The notes under the pieces: generated by a model | Seen by the model: the letters and a program-made list of their open reading frames with translations, nothing else | The model's database searches: none | Told to the model about the DNA's origin: nothing | Program-made: the position numbers and the translations under genes | Part shown: positions 44,727 through 54,185 of the stretch, one piece after another | Layout of the letters: every line of letters begins with the position of its first letter | How positions within the stretch are numbered: position 1 is the first letter of the stretch | Origin: Flavobacteriales bacterium | GTDB taxonomy: Bacteria; Bacteroidota; Bacteroidia; Flavobacteriales; Flavobacteriaceae | DNA: 64,000 bases | Direction: 5' to 3' | Assembly (NCBI GenBank): GCA_011525015.1 | Contig: WTJC01000023.1 | Location: forward strand, 2,062 to 66,061

Positions 44727-46027
44727 TGAGTTTCACCGCTATTCTGAGAGGTTTATTAGGAATTGCTTTTCTTATTTTGGTCACCTATGCCCTATCGAGT
44801 AACCGAAAGAAGATTCCTTGGAAAATTGTACTCATTGGTCTTGGTATGCAATTCATTTTGGCCTTAGGGGTATTGAAAATCAAAATTGTACAGCAGCTCT
44901 TCAATGTTATGGGTGCCTTTTTTACCAGTATTTTAAATTTCACAGAAATGGGGAGCCGCTTTGTTTTTGGAAATTTACTCAATGTGGAGGATCCTAGTAT
45001 TGGCTACGTTTTTGCCTTTCAGATATTACCAACAATACTGTTTTTTTCAGCCCTAACTTCTGTACTTTACTACCTTGGCGTTATTCAAAAAATTGTCAAG
45101 TGGCTGGCCTGGGCTTTGACCAAGTCATTGGGTATATCCGGAGCTGAAAGCTTGTCTGTTGCCGGTAATATTTTTCTGGGCCAAACCGAGGCTCCCCTGC
45201 TGATTAAAGCATACCTCAAAAACATGAACCGCTCTGAGATTTTACTGGTCATGATTGGAGGGATGGCAACTGTAGCAGGTGGTGTTTTAGCTTCTTATGT
45301 TGGATTCTTAGGGCAAAACGACCCTGTTTTACGACTTGAATTTGCTCGACATCTCATCGCAGCATCAGTAATGGCAGCACCAGGAGCGGTGGTTATATCC
45401 AAAATCTTAATTCCACAAACAGCTGAAGTAAGCAAGACCGTCACTGTAGACGAACAGAACTTCGGAGATAACATTTTAGATGCCCTTTCTAACGGAACGA
45501 CTGAAGGTATCAAACTCGCTGTCAACGTAGGAGGGATGTTGTTGGTTTTTGTGGCAATGATAGCCCTTATCAACGGAATTCTATTTGAGATAGGAACAAT
45601 AGGCACACTTAACGAATGGATCAGTAACAATACACATTTTGAATCGCTGTCCTTAGAATTTATTTTAGGGATGCTCTGTGCACCACTGATGTGGATTATC
45701 GGAGTCGCCCAAGAAGACCTCAGTTTAATGGGGCAACTCTTGGGAATTAAGATTGTAGCTTCTGAATTTGTCGCCTACACCCAATTGGCCGAATTAAAAG
45801 ACAGTGCATCAAGTATTCAACTGGCTTACAATAAATCGGTTATTATGGCTACCTATATGCTTTGTGGTTTCGCCAACTTTGCGTCAATTGGAATTCAAAT
45901 CGGTGGTATAGGAGCACTGGTACCATCTAAGCGAAAACTCCTCTCCGAATTAGGCCTTAAAGCACTCATTGGGGGAACGATTGCCTCACTTCTATCAGCG
46001 ACTATGGCAGGTATCATTCTCGGTTGA
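44726..46027 (+). CDS. Concentrative nucleoside transporter (NupC/CNT family)
   Basis: 433 aa polytopic protein with N-terminal, central and C-terminal blocks typical of Na+/H+ nucleoside symporters (FVFGNL, NIFLGQTEAPLL, GFANFASIGIQIGG). Confidence 0.88.
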   Translation: MSFTAILRGLLGIAFLILVTYALSSNRKKIPWKIVLIGLGMQFILALGVLKIKIVQQLFNVMGAFFTSILNFTEMGSRFVFGNLLNVEDPSIGYVFAFQILPTILFFSALTSVLYYLGVIQKIVKWLAWALTKSLGISGAESLSVAGNIFLGQTEAPLLIKAYLKNMNRSEILLVMIGGMATVAGGVLASYVGFLGQNDPVLRLEFARHLIAASVMAAPGAVVISKILIPQTAEVSKTVTVDEQNFGDNILDALSNGTTEGIKLAVNVGGMLLVFVAMIALINGILFEIGTIGTLNEWISNNTHFESLSLEFILGMLCAPLMWIIGVAQEDLSLMGQLLGIKIVASEFVAYTQLAELKDSASSIQLAYNKSVIMATYMLCGFANFASIGIQIGGIGALVPSKRKLLSELGLKALIGGTIASLLSATMAGIILG

Positions 46028-46112
46028 TTACTTTTTTATAACTCCTTATTAATTTATGGCGATTATCGTGAAGCTTGCATTAGCTTAGCCTTATCAATTA
46101 AGGGATTTGACT

Positions 46113-46937
46113 ATGCAACAATATCACGATTTACTAAAACACATCATTGCTAACGGCATAGAAAAAGGAGATCGCACAGGTACAGGAACGAAAAGTATTT
46201 TTGGTTACCAAATGCGATTTAATCTTCAAGATGGGTTTCCTTTGGTGACTACTAAAAAAGTCCATCTCAAATCGATTATTTACGAATTGCTCTGGTTTTT
46301 AAAAGGGGATACCAATATTGGATACCTCAAAGAAAACGGTGTGCGTATTTGGAATGAATGGGCGGATGAAAATGGAAATTTAGGACCTGTCTACGGTCAT
46401 CAGTGGAGAAATTGGAATTCTGAAGAAATCGACCAAATCAAGGAACTCATTCGAACCCTTAAAAACGATCCTAACAGCAGAAGAATGCTCGTAAGCGCAT
46501 GGAATCCATCAGTGCTTCCCGACACCTCAAAAAGTTTTTCAGACAATGTGGCCAATGGTAAAGCAGCATTGCCTCCATGTCATGCCTTTTTTCAATTTTA
46601 TGTGGCTGACAATAAACTCTCCTGCCAATTGTATCAAAGAAGTGCAGACGTCTTTTTAGGTGTTCCTTTTAACATTGCCTCATACGCCTTGCTTTGTATG
46701 ATGGTTGCTCATGTATGTGGGTTAGAATACGGTGATTTTATTCACACTTTTGGAGACGTTCACATTTACAACAACCACATGGAACAGGTTGAATTACAAT
46801 TAAGCAGAGACATTAGAGCATTACCTAAAATGATACTTAATCCCGATATTAAAAGTATTGAGGATTTCACCTTTGAGGATTTCACCTTAGAAAATTACAA
46901 TCCACACCCAGCCATAAAGGCTGCTGTTGCTGTTTAA
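46113..46937 (+). CDS. thyA: Thymidylate synthase (ThyA type)
   Basis: The ATG at 46113 gives [12 protein letters not shown]..., which aligns with the usual ThyA N-terminus. The track starts 2 codons earlier at a TTG. Catalytic [19 protein letters not shown] motif present. Confidence 0.95.
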   Translation: MQQYHDLLKHIIANGIEKGDRTGTGTKSIFGYQMRFNLQDGFPLVTTKKVHLKSIIYELLWFLKGDTNIGYLKENGVRIWNEWADENGNLGPVYGHQWRNWNSEEIDQIKELIRTLKNDPNSRRMLVSAWNPSVLPDTSKSFSDNVANGKAALPPCHAFFQFYVADNKLSCQLYQRSADVFLGVPFNIASYALLCMMVAHVCGLEYGDFIHTFGDVHIYNNHMEQVELQLSRDIRALPKMILNPDIKSIEDFTFEDFTLENYNPHPAIKAAVAV

Positions 46938-47230
46938 GTCGTAAGGACTGAATTTTCTGCCTGGGCAAATGTATTCCACACTCGATTTTCACAAGTCGGA
47001 TCTAGCACAAACTCTTCGTTAATGACAAACCTATACTCGAACTTGTTTTTAGATGGTACTAATAAAGAACAGGTAAAATATCCTTTTTTATGCCAAGAAA
47101 GTGGTAGTGATTTTGGATTCCAGCGATTAAAATCTCCAGCGACAAAAACCTGGTCTGTCGGTTTTGCCTCCAATTTAAATACCACTTCAACCACAGGCGC
47201 TCCACTTATATTTTTAATTTGATATCCCAT
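46934..47230 (-). CDS. Stand-alone glycogen/starch-binding (CBM48 / AMPK-beta-like early-set) domain protein
   Basis: 98 aa with [12 protein letters not shown]...G.F...L.VP....EYRFVI......DP, the pattern of CBM48 modules. Its stop overlaps the thyA stop by 4 nt (TTAA). Confidence 0.6.
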   Translation of the reverse strand: MGYQIKNISGAPVVEVVFKLEAKPTDQVFVAGDFNRWNPKSLPLSWHKKGYFTCSLLVPSKNKFEYRFVINEEFVLDPTCENRVWNTFAQAENSVLTT

Positions 47231-47251
47231 CTTTAAACGCGTGAATTCACT

Positions 47252-47259
47252 TAATTTTG
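47252..47259 (+). promoter_or_regulatory. Candidate -7 box (TAATTTTG) for folA
   Basis: TAnnTTTG match 19 nt upstream of the TTG start at 47279. Confidence 0.35.
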
Positions 47260-47278
47260 CTCACAAAATAACGACAAT

Positions 47279-47791
47279 TTGAACACTTCTGAAATAATCA
47301 TCATTGCGGCTTTCGATCAAAATAGAGGGATGGGACTAAATGGTGACCTGCCATGGCATCTGCCTGACGATTTCAAGCATTTTAAAACGCAAACTATGGG
47401 TAGTCCAATGCTCATGGGCCGAAAAACACTGGAGAGCTTTCCAAAGGCACTTCCTGGTAGAGCGCATTACGTGCTGAGTCGAGACAAAAATTACGCTCCA
47501 CCATTTGAAATTGACGGACTCTTTAATACTGTAGAGGATGCTTTGGAAGCATTAAAGCAACATTCAAAATTATATGTAATCGGCGGTGGTCAAATCTACC
47601 AACAAGCTTTATCCAAAGCCACTACCCTTGAAATTACCAGAGTCGAGGGCGTTTTCGAAGCGGATACTTTTTTTCCAGAAATCGACTTTAAAGAGTGGAA
47701 GCGCACAAAACAAGAATTTCATCCTAAAGACGAAAGACACCCGGTTTCATTTCAAATCGAAACCTGGGTCAGAATCAATACTGCAACTTAA
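47279..47791 (+). CDS. folA: Dihydrofolate reductase
   Basis: 170 aa, apparent TTG start. IIIAAFDQNRGMGLNGDLPWHLPDDFKHFK and VIGGGQIY motifs. Confidence 0.92.
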   Translation: MNTSEIIIIAAFDQNRGMGLNGDLPWHLPDDFKHFKTQTMGSPMLMGRKTLESFPKALPGRAHYVLSRDKNYAPPFEIDGLFNTVEDALEALKQHSKLYVIGGGQIYQQALSKATTLEITRVEGVFEADTFFPEIDFKEWKRTKQEFHPKDERHPVSFQIETWVRINTAT

Positions 47792-48539
47792 GGAGTATAA
47801 ATTGTCGGTCTTTGAGGATTCTTTGAACAGCATTCATAGATCCACTGCAATAAATCAAAGTTTTAGATTCCTCAGTTTGTCGCACATCATTTTCGCGGTA
47901 AATATTCTTTAGTCTATTGATCACTGCTTCGGTAGGTTCAATAAATTTCATTTTGTCTCCCGCTATTCGCGCTAACTGCTCTTTTAGAAAGAAGTAATGC
48001 GTGCACCCTAAGACTACAAAATTCACTTTATGAGCCTCAAAAAAAAGCACGGTTTCTCGCAATTTATTTTGAAAGGTTTCAGATTGTGTGTTCCCCGATT
48101 CTACTGCCTCGACAAAACCCTCTCCTACTCGCTCGACAACGGTAGAAGTAGAAGCGTATTTCTGCTTTGTCGCATTGTACAATGTGCTACTGAGTGTAGC
48201 TCGAGTTGCAATAACTCCAATTTTGGAGCTGGTCGATAATTGAATTGCGGGTTTGATCGCCGGTTCTATTCCGACAAAGGGGATATCATAGGTTTCCCGA
48301 AGAGCGCTTATGGCGATTGTTGTGGCTGTATTGCAAGCAATAATAATAAGGCGCACCCCTTGCTCAATAAAAAACTCGGCGTGTTTTTGACATCGCTCAA
48401 GTATAAAATCAATTTTTTTTTCGCCATAGGGAGCGTATTTATTATCGGAAATATAAATACAATCCTCTGAGGGATATGCCTTTTGAACGGCATTTAGCAG
48501 TGATAATCCACCTACACCTGAATCAAATATTCCTATCAT
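47775..48539 (-). CDS. murI: Glutamate racemase
   Basis: I prefer the ATG at 48539 (MIGIFDSGVGGLS..., the canonical N-terminus). The track start at 48569 lies inside a terminator hairpin. Catalytic regions IACNTAT and LGCTHY are present. Confidence 0.92.
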   Translation of the reverse strand: MIGIFDSGVGGLSLLNAVQKAYPSEDCIYISDNKYAPYGEKKIDFILERCQKHAEFFIEQGVRLIIIACNTATTIAISALRETYDIPFVGIEPAIKPAIQLSTSSKIGVIATRATLSSTLYNATKQKYASTSTVVERVGEGFVEAVESGNTQSETFQNKLRETVLFFEAHKVNFVVLGCTHYFFLKEQLARIAGDKMKFIEPTEAVINRLKNIYRENDVRQTEESKTLIYCSGSMNAVQRILKDRQFILLKLQY

Positions 48540-48540
48540 A

Positions 48541-48573
48541 AAATAAAAAACCGCTTGTTGGCGTGACAAGCGG
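48541..48573 (-). terminator. Intrinsic terminator after the skp genes, abutting the murI start
   Basis: Minus strand CCGCUUGU-CACGCCA-ACAAGCGG (48573..48551), followed by a U-rich run (forward AAATAAAAAA at 48541..48550). The murI ATG follows at 48539. Confidence 0.75.
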
Positions 48574-48600
48574 TTCGTTCTATCTTCAATGGATTTTTAA

Positions 48601-49110
48601 TTAAAATCCTAATTCTCTTTTTACGTCTGCAAGGATATCGCTTCCACGTGCTACAATAAGACCTAAACCAGGACTTGCGTCAATTACGTAATCAAACCCT
48701 TGTGCACTTGCAACCTTTTCTATAGCTGCCTTTGCTTTATCAGAGATAGGAGCAAAAAGCTCTTGTTGTTTTTTCTGCAATTCTTGTAAAGCTGCTTGCT
48801 CAGCACTTGCGATATTTCGCTCTGCTGCTTGCAATTCATCTGCTCTTGATTTGTTTTCTTCAGCAGTTTTTGAATTCGCCTCATTTTGGTAAGTAACGAA
48901 CTTCTTCTGCAACTCAGCAACAGATGCTTCGATGTCAGCCTTATAAGTAGCTTCTAATTTTTTCAACTCAGCTTGTGCCGACTTCATATCAGGCATATCT
49001 GCTAATAATTGCTGTACATTGATATGCGCGACCTTACTCTGGGCGACTACCGAACTTGTTGCGGTAACTAAAAATAACGCCGCTATTACAATTGATTTCA
49101 ATGATCTCAT
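48601..49110 (-). CDS. OmpH/Skp-family periplasmic chaperone
   Basis: 169 aa with a signal peptide (AALFLVTATSSVVAQ) and a long coiled-coil arm. Located downstream of bamA. Confidence 0.88.
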   Translation of the reverse strand: MRSLKSIVIAALFLVTATSSVVAQSKVAHINVQQLLADMPDMKSAQAELKKLEATYKADIEASVAELQKKFVTYQNEANSKTAEENKSRADELQAAERNIASAEQAALQELQKKQQELFAPISDKAKAAIEKVASAQGFDYVIDASPGLGLIVARGSDILADVKRELGF

Positions 49111-49128
49111 CTCTATTTAATTTAAATT

Positions 49129-49989
49129 CTAATTATTGTTTGTACTGTCTTTTTTAACTCTTTTATTTCTGGCTTCTAAAGCCGCTTTTCGTTGTGCTTC
49201 TCTTTTTTCTAGAGCAGCTTGTTTTCGTTCTTCGTATTCTTTTCTTCGCTCCTCGCGCTTTCTAAGGTTTTCTGCCTTGCGATCTTCAATTTGCTTTTGT
49301 CGCTCTGCTTTAGCCTCGTCTAATTCTTTTTGGCGATCTAAAACCTCCTGATCGAAGCGAGTTTCTTCTTCAAGCTCTTGTTGATTTTGCAGTGCTTTCA
49401 AACGATCATTAAACTCTTGATCTTCTCTAGACTGGCTCAAACGAACCGCTCTTCCGATTTCCCTAAGCACTAAATCGCTAATATCGTGCCTTTTTTCGGA
49501 GTACAACATTACAACATCTGCAGATTTATCAAAAATAAAATCGTACTTTTTCGACTTACCTATCTTTTGTATCGCCTCAAAGACCTGATCTTGTATAGGC
49601 TGAATCAAAAGTTCCTGTTGTAACACATACTCGCCTTTAGGCCCGAACTTCTCCTGTTGCTCAGCGGCAATCTCGCTCTCTAAAAATCGAATGTCTTCTT
49701 CTCGATCACTGATGATTGACTGTGCAAGTACAGCTCGCTCTAATGCTAAAGCCTCTTTCAATTCCTCAACTTCAGACAATTTCAATTCAATTGCTGTTTG
49801 CCATTTCATTGCTTTTTCATTTAGAGCATCCTCAGCATCTCTGTACGAAGCCACCTGCTCTAAAATGTATTCCATATCGACATAAGCCATTCGTATTCCC
49901 CTTTGTGCATGTGACTCTTCTACACCCCCTAACACAAATAGTGTTACAAGAGTAGTTAAGAAAAAATCATGCCAAAGTCGATGTCTCAT
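49129..49989 (-). CDS. OmpH/Skp-family protein paralog with a long Lys/Arg/Glu-rich C-terminal tail
   Basis: I prefer the ATG at 49989 (MRHRLWHDFFLTTLVTLFVLGGVEESHAQ, signal-like), 5 nt after the bamA stop, over the track start at 50031 inside bamA. Skp-like core, then a charged tail of about 90 aa. Confidence 0.8.
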   Translation of the reverse strand: MRHRLWHDFFLTTLVTLFVLGGVEESHAQRGIRMAYVDMEYILEQVASYRDAEDALNEKAMKWQTAIELKLSEVEELKEALALERAVLAQSIISDREEDIRFLESEIAAEQQEKFGPKGEYVLQQELLIQPIQDQVFEAIQKIGKSKKYDFIFDKSADVVMLYSEKRHDISDLVLREIGRAVRLSQSREDQEFNDRLKALQNQQELEEETRFDQEVLDRQKELDEAKAERQKQIEDRKAENLRKREERRKEYEERKQAALEKREAQRKAALEARNKRVKKDSTNNN

Positions 49990-49994
49990 GTGAA

Positions 49995-52655
49995 TCAAAA
50001 TTGTTGTCCGATAATAAAATGTGTCTGCCAACCGCTAGGTCCCGTTGAGTTTGGATTGGCGTCTGTATCGAATCCATATCCGAAATCAATACCCAATAAT
50101 CCAAAGGCTGGCATAAATATTCTAACTCCAATACCAGCGGATCTTTTAAGCTCGAATGGATTGAACTGAGAGAAATTATTAAATGCATTTCCGGCTTCTA
50201 AGAAGGTCAAGGTATAAATAGAAGCAGAAGGCTTAAGTGTTAAAGGATATCGAAGTTCTAATGAAAATTTATTGTAGATCGTACCACCATCTTGTTCTCT
50301 TCGACCTGTAATTGGATTCACACTGTAAGGAGTAATCGAGCTGTTTTCGTATCCTCTCAATTGAATGTTCTCTCTACCGTCTAGGGTGAAGTTTCCAAGT
50401 CCGTCACCACCCACGTAATAGCGCTCAAATGGCACATTACCGATGTCGTTATTGTAGGCTCCTAAAAATCCAAATTCAGCATTGGTTCTAAAAACGAGCT
50501 TGTCGACAATTCGTGTATACCAATCCCCTTTAAATTTAATTTTATAGAATTCTAACAATTTGAAACGCTCTTCTTCTAAAGCCTCCAATTCTCTACTGAG
50601 TTCGGTAGCGTTCTCACCATCAATTCCTACATCTAAAAGCTCTTCTGTAACCTCTCTGATTTCATCTCTTAAACCTTTGTAGTCCTTTTTAGAGAAGGCT
50701 GAATACGGAGGAGTCAAACGAGCCGAGAATTCAAAATTTGAACCCGTTAACGGGAAAATTCTACTCGGACCTTGTGAACTCCTTGATATACCAATGGTAT
50801 AGGTAACTGAGTTCGACGACCCGTTACCAAAATTGAACAATCCGTTGTTAAAGTTGTTGAAACTGTAATACTGATAACTCAAAGCATGTGAGATGACAAA
50901 GAAATCATCTGGCCATTGAACACGCTTAGATAAACCTGCTGAAATTCCACTGATTGAGAATCCTCTTGATTTATCAACATCAAATCGTCCGCCAGCAAAT
51001 GAGGCCGCAAACTGCTGTGTTCGCTGTAATGAGAAATTAAAATTCACTGGCTTTTTACCGCCCAACCAAGGTTCAGCGAAAATAAGACTGTATACTCTAA
51101 AGGTTCTACTGGCCTGTAGTCGAAGTGAAAAGGTCTGACCGTCTCCCATAGGAACAGGTTTGTAGGCCTCCTTATTAAAGATGTTTCCTATAGAGAAGTT
51201 ATTAAAAGACAAACCAAGGGTTCCGATGAATCCACCTCCACCAACACCACCTTGAAGTTCGATTTGGCTTGATCCAGATTCCACTAAGGAGTATTCTAAA
51301 TCAACGGTTCCGTCGTTGGGATTTGGATTTTGTACATCTGGCGCAATTTGTTCAGGATCAAAAAAGCCCAATTGACCTAATTCTCGAATTGATCTTACAA
51401 TATTGTCTTTACTGTATTTCTGTCCGGGTTTGGTTCTGAGTTCTCGATAAATGACATGGTCATTCGTCTTGTCATTACCTACCACATTTACATGGTTTAG
51501 AAAAGTCTCTTTTCCTTCTATAATTCGGATTTCAAAATCTATGGTATCGTTCTGGGCTGAAACCTCAACGGGATTGATACTCGAAAAGAGATAACCATTG
51601 TTTTGATAGAGATTGGTAATATCCTCACCATCAGGTTTAGACGTATCTGCTATTCGTTTTTTTAGCTGAACTCCGTTGTAGGAATCTCCTTTTTTAATCC
51701 CTAAAAGCTGATTGAGTTCACGGTCTGAATACACTGTGTTTCCGACAAAATCAATATCACCAAAGTAGTACTGATTTCCCTCTTGTAATTTGAGGTGAAT
51801 TCCAATCAGTTCATCGCTAATAGGATAAACACTGTCTTTTATAACTCTGGCGTCGCGATATCCCTTTTCTGCATATGCATCGACAAGACTTTTAAGATCT
51901 TCATCGAAGTCTTCTTTTTTGTATCTCGACTTTTTCCAAAAGCGATAGATTTTTTTCGACTTGGTATTTTTTAACGCTCTTTCTAAAACTTTAGTCTTTA
52001 ACTTTTCTCTACCCTCAAATACAATTTCACCAATTTTAACCTTAGGTCCTTTATTGACATTGATGACCATGTTTTGAACGTTTACCCCAGAAGAATCTGC
52101 AGAAGTAGCAATGGTCGCCTTGGCATTGAGATAGCCTTTTTCTTTATAGGTGTTTTGAATGTAGTTTTTAGTGTTAGCAATTAAGCTCTCTGTAATTTTC
52201 TTACCTGTTTTTAAGTCGGCGTCTTTTAGTAACTCGTCTGCTTTGGATTTTTTAATCCCGTAAAATGTGACCTGATTAAGGGTTGGGCGTTCTTTGATGT
52301 TCAGCTCCAAAAATATGCTATCCCCTTTGATGTCGTTGTAGTAAAAAGCGACATCACTAAAGAGTTCAAGGTTCCATAGTTTTTTGATAATTCCAGAGAT
52401 TTCTTCACCGGGAATTTCGATGAGCTGACCGACGCGCAATCCGGTGTAGGTTTTTACAGTCTGCTCGTTATAACTTTTTAAACCCGTTACTTTTAGGTCT
52501 CCTAAAATATAGGATTCAGTATCTCCAAAGCTCATTTCTTGAGCGACTACTGAGAAGCCTCCCAACAAGGTAAAACCTAAAAAAAGAAAAGATATAAGGC
52601 TGCCTTTACTTTGAATTGACATTGAGTTCTTGAAGTTGTTCTGTAGTTTTTCCAA
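49995..52655 (-). CDS. bamA: Outer membrane protein assembly factor BamA
   Basis: 886 aa with a signal peptide, repeated POTRA modules and a C-terminal Omp85 barrel ending ...HFIIGQQF. An alternative start at 52622 (MSIQSKGS...) is possible. Confidence 0.93.
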   Translation of the reverse strand: MEKLQNNFKNSMSIQSKGSLISFLFLGFTLLGGFSVVAQEMSFGDTESYILGDLKVTGLKSYNEQTVKTYTGLRVGQLIEIPGEEISGIIKKLWNLELFSDVAFYYNDIKGDSIFLELNIKERPTLNQVTFYGIKKSKADELLKDADLKTGKKITESLIANTKNYIQNTYKEKGYLNAKATIATSADSSGVNVQNMVINVNKGPKVKIGEIVFEGREKLKTKVLERALKNTKSKKIYRFWKKSRYKKEDFDEDLKSLVDAYAEKGYRDARVIKDSVYPISDELIGIHLKLQEGNQYYFGDIDFVGNTVYSDRELNQLLGIKKGDSYNGVQLKKRIADTSKPDGEDITNLYQNNGYLFSSINPVEVSAQNDTIDFEIRIIEGKETFLNHVNVVGNDKTNDHVIYRELRTKPGQKYSKDNIVRSIRELGQLGFFDPEQIAPDVQNPNPNDGTVDLEYSLVESGSSQIELQGGVGGGGFIGTLGLSFNNFSIGNIFNKEAYKPVPMGDGQTFSLRLQASRTFRVYSLIFAEPWLGGKKPVNFNFSLQRTQQFAASFAGGRFDVDKSRGFSISGISAGLSKRVQWPDDFFVISHALSYQYYSFNNFNNGLFNFGNGSSNSVTYTIGISRSSQGPSRIFPLTGSNFEFSARLTPPYSAFSKKDYKGLRDEIREVTEELLDVGIDGENATELSRELEALEEERFKLLEFYKIKFKGDWYTRIVDKLVFRTNAEFGFLGAYNNDIGNVPFERYYVGGDGLGNFTLDGRENIQLRGYENSSITPYSVNPITGRREQDGGTIYNKFSLELRYPLTLKPSASIYTLTFLEAGNAFNNFSQFNPFELKRSAGIGVRIFMPAFGLLGIDFGYGFDTDANPNSTGPSGWQTHFIIGQQF

Positions 52656-53355
52656 ATCGTCGTTCTCTCTTTTGATAACTAGCTAATGCCTTGTCTAATT
52701 CTTTCGCGTCAAAGTCTGGCCAATACGTATCTGTAAAATACAATTCGGCGTACGCACATTGCCACAACATGAAATTACTCAACCTGTATTCTCCACTGGT
52801 TCGAATCAATAAATCGACCTCTGGCATAAAGCAGGTGTAAAGATGACTATTTATTAGCTTTTCATCAATATCAGAGGGCGAAATTAGGCCTTTTTTAACT
52901 TTTGCACTAATCTCTTGCACAGCATTGGCAATTTCTTGACGTGAACCATAGCTCAAGGCTAGGGTTAAGACCATTCTTGTATTTGATTTGGTTTGAGTGA
53001 CGACTTCCTCTAATTCTGATTGAACCACTTCGGGTAAATTTTTGGTGTCACCTATAGTTCTGAGCTGAATGTCGTTTTCAACTAAGGTTTGCAATTCACT
53101 TCTCAAGGATTTTACCAATATGCGCATTAAGGTATTTACCTCTTTTTTAGGTCGAAGCCAGTTTTCAGTGGAGAAAGCAAAAAGTGTAAGGTACTCTATG
53201 CCTTTTTCAGCACAACTTTTCACAATGCGCTTAACCATCTTTGCCCCTTCTTCGTGACCTAAGGCACGAGGTCTTCCCATTCCTTTGGCCCATCTACCAT
53301 TACCATCCATGATGATTGCAAGGTGTCTAGGCAGTGTTTCATTCATCTCCAACAT
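52606..53355 (-). CDS. uppS: Isoprenyl transferase / undecaprenyl diphosphate synthase
   Basis: 249 aa, HLAIIMDGNGRWA, typical cis-prenyltransferase motifs (IRTSGE.RLSNF). Confidence 0.93.
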   Translation of the reverse strand: MLEMNETLPRHLAIIMDGNGRWAKGMGRPRALGHEEGAKMVKRIVKSCAEKGIEYLTLFAFSTENWLRPKKEVNTLMRILVKSLRSELQTLVENDIQLRTIGDTKNLPEVVQSELEEVVTQTKSNTRMVLTLALSYGSRQEIANAVQEISAKVKKGLISPSDIDEKLINSHLYTCFMPEVDLLIRTSGEYRLSNFMLWQCAYAELYFTDTYWPDFDAKELDKALASYQKRERRFGKTTEQLQELNVNSK

Positions 53356-53366
53356 TGATAAAGGAA

Positions 53367-54185
53367 TTATTTAAAATTGATTATTATTGGTTTTTGCCCA
53401 AAGGTATAGCTTAATCCAAAATTAGTCAGCATATAGAAGTCATTTTGTCCGTCTCCCAGGTAATATAATTTATCACTTGCTGGATCTTGATTTTGTACAT
53501 CAGCAAAAATCACTCCGCCATCTAAATTGTCTACTCTTGTCATACGCATTCCTAATTCTACATGTAGGTTTAAATTTCGATATAAGTGAAACTTCATTCC
53601 AAGGGCAACAGGTAAAATAAAAGTGCTGTTTTCTTTGAAATTCGCTTCGTAGTACTCAAATAAGTTATTTCCAAAATTTAAGGGTGTATCTTGGCCGTGT
53701 TTGGTTCTATCTGGTTTGATGGCCTCTACCGAAGTGCCGTAAATATAACCTCCATTTAAGATAAAAGCGCGTTCCGAATAGAGTGCATAACCTACCCCTA
53801 TGTAGGCGTAGGGCACTAATTTTCGCCTTTCATTAAAAGGATTAAACGAATACCAATTGAACTCAGCGCCAAAGGTAAACTCTATGGCATTGATGTTTGA
53901 TTTAAAATTGCGATTGAGCCTGTATTCATCATTCGACAACTGATCATCAAAAGTGAATTGGATAAAGTTGGTATTAAAACGATAAGACAGCCGCGTATTT
54001 CGATGTACTTTGATTTGAAAGCCACGAGTTGTGTTACCTGCTTTTAGTACTTTTTGCCTGCCCACATCTCCGAAGCCAGACGAAAAACCAGACAAATAAC
54101 CGATTTCAACGCGTTGAGCATTGGCAGCCCAACTGAACATAAAGGCACTTATGACAATTATTAATTTCTTTTGTCTTCTCCCCAT
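53367..54185 (-). CDS. Small outer-membrane beta-barrel protein (DUF6089-like; function unknown)
   Basis: 272 aa with a signal peptide (FMFSWAANAQ) and alternating aromatic/Gly beta-strand pattern. It occupies the conserved flavobacterial position between nadK and uppS. Family name is from memory, not searched. Confidence 0.5.
   Translation of the reverse strand: MGRRQKKLIIVISAFMFSWAANAQRVEIGYLSGFSSGFGDVGRQKVLKAGNTTRGFQIKVHRNTRLSYRFNTNFIQFTFDDQLSNDEYRLNRNFKSNINAIEFTFGAEFNWYSFNPFNERRKLVPYAYIGVGYALYSERAFILNGGYIYGTSVEAIKPDRTKHGQDTPLNFGNNLFEYYEANFKENSTFILPVALGMKFHLYRNLNLHVELGMRMTRVDNLDGGVIFADVQNQDPASDKLYYLGDGQNDFYMLTNFGLSYTFGQKPIIINFK

Noticed and set aside
47586-47912. A 108-aa plus-strand ORF overlapping the 3' end of folA and the 3' end of murI.
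   Set aside because: It is out of frame with folA and antisense to murI, both of which are strongly supported. It has no motifs.
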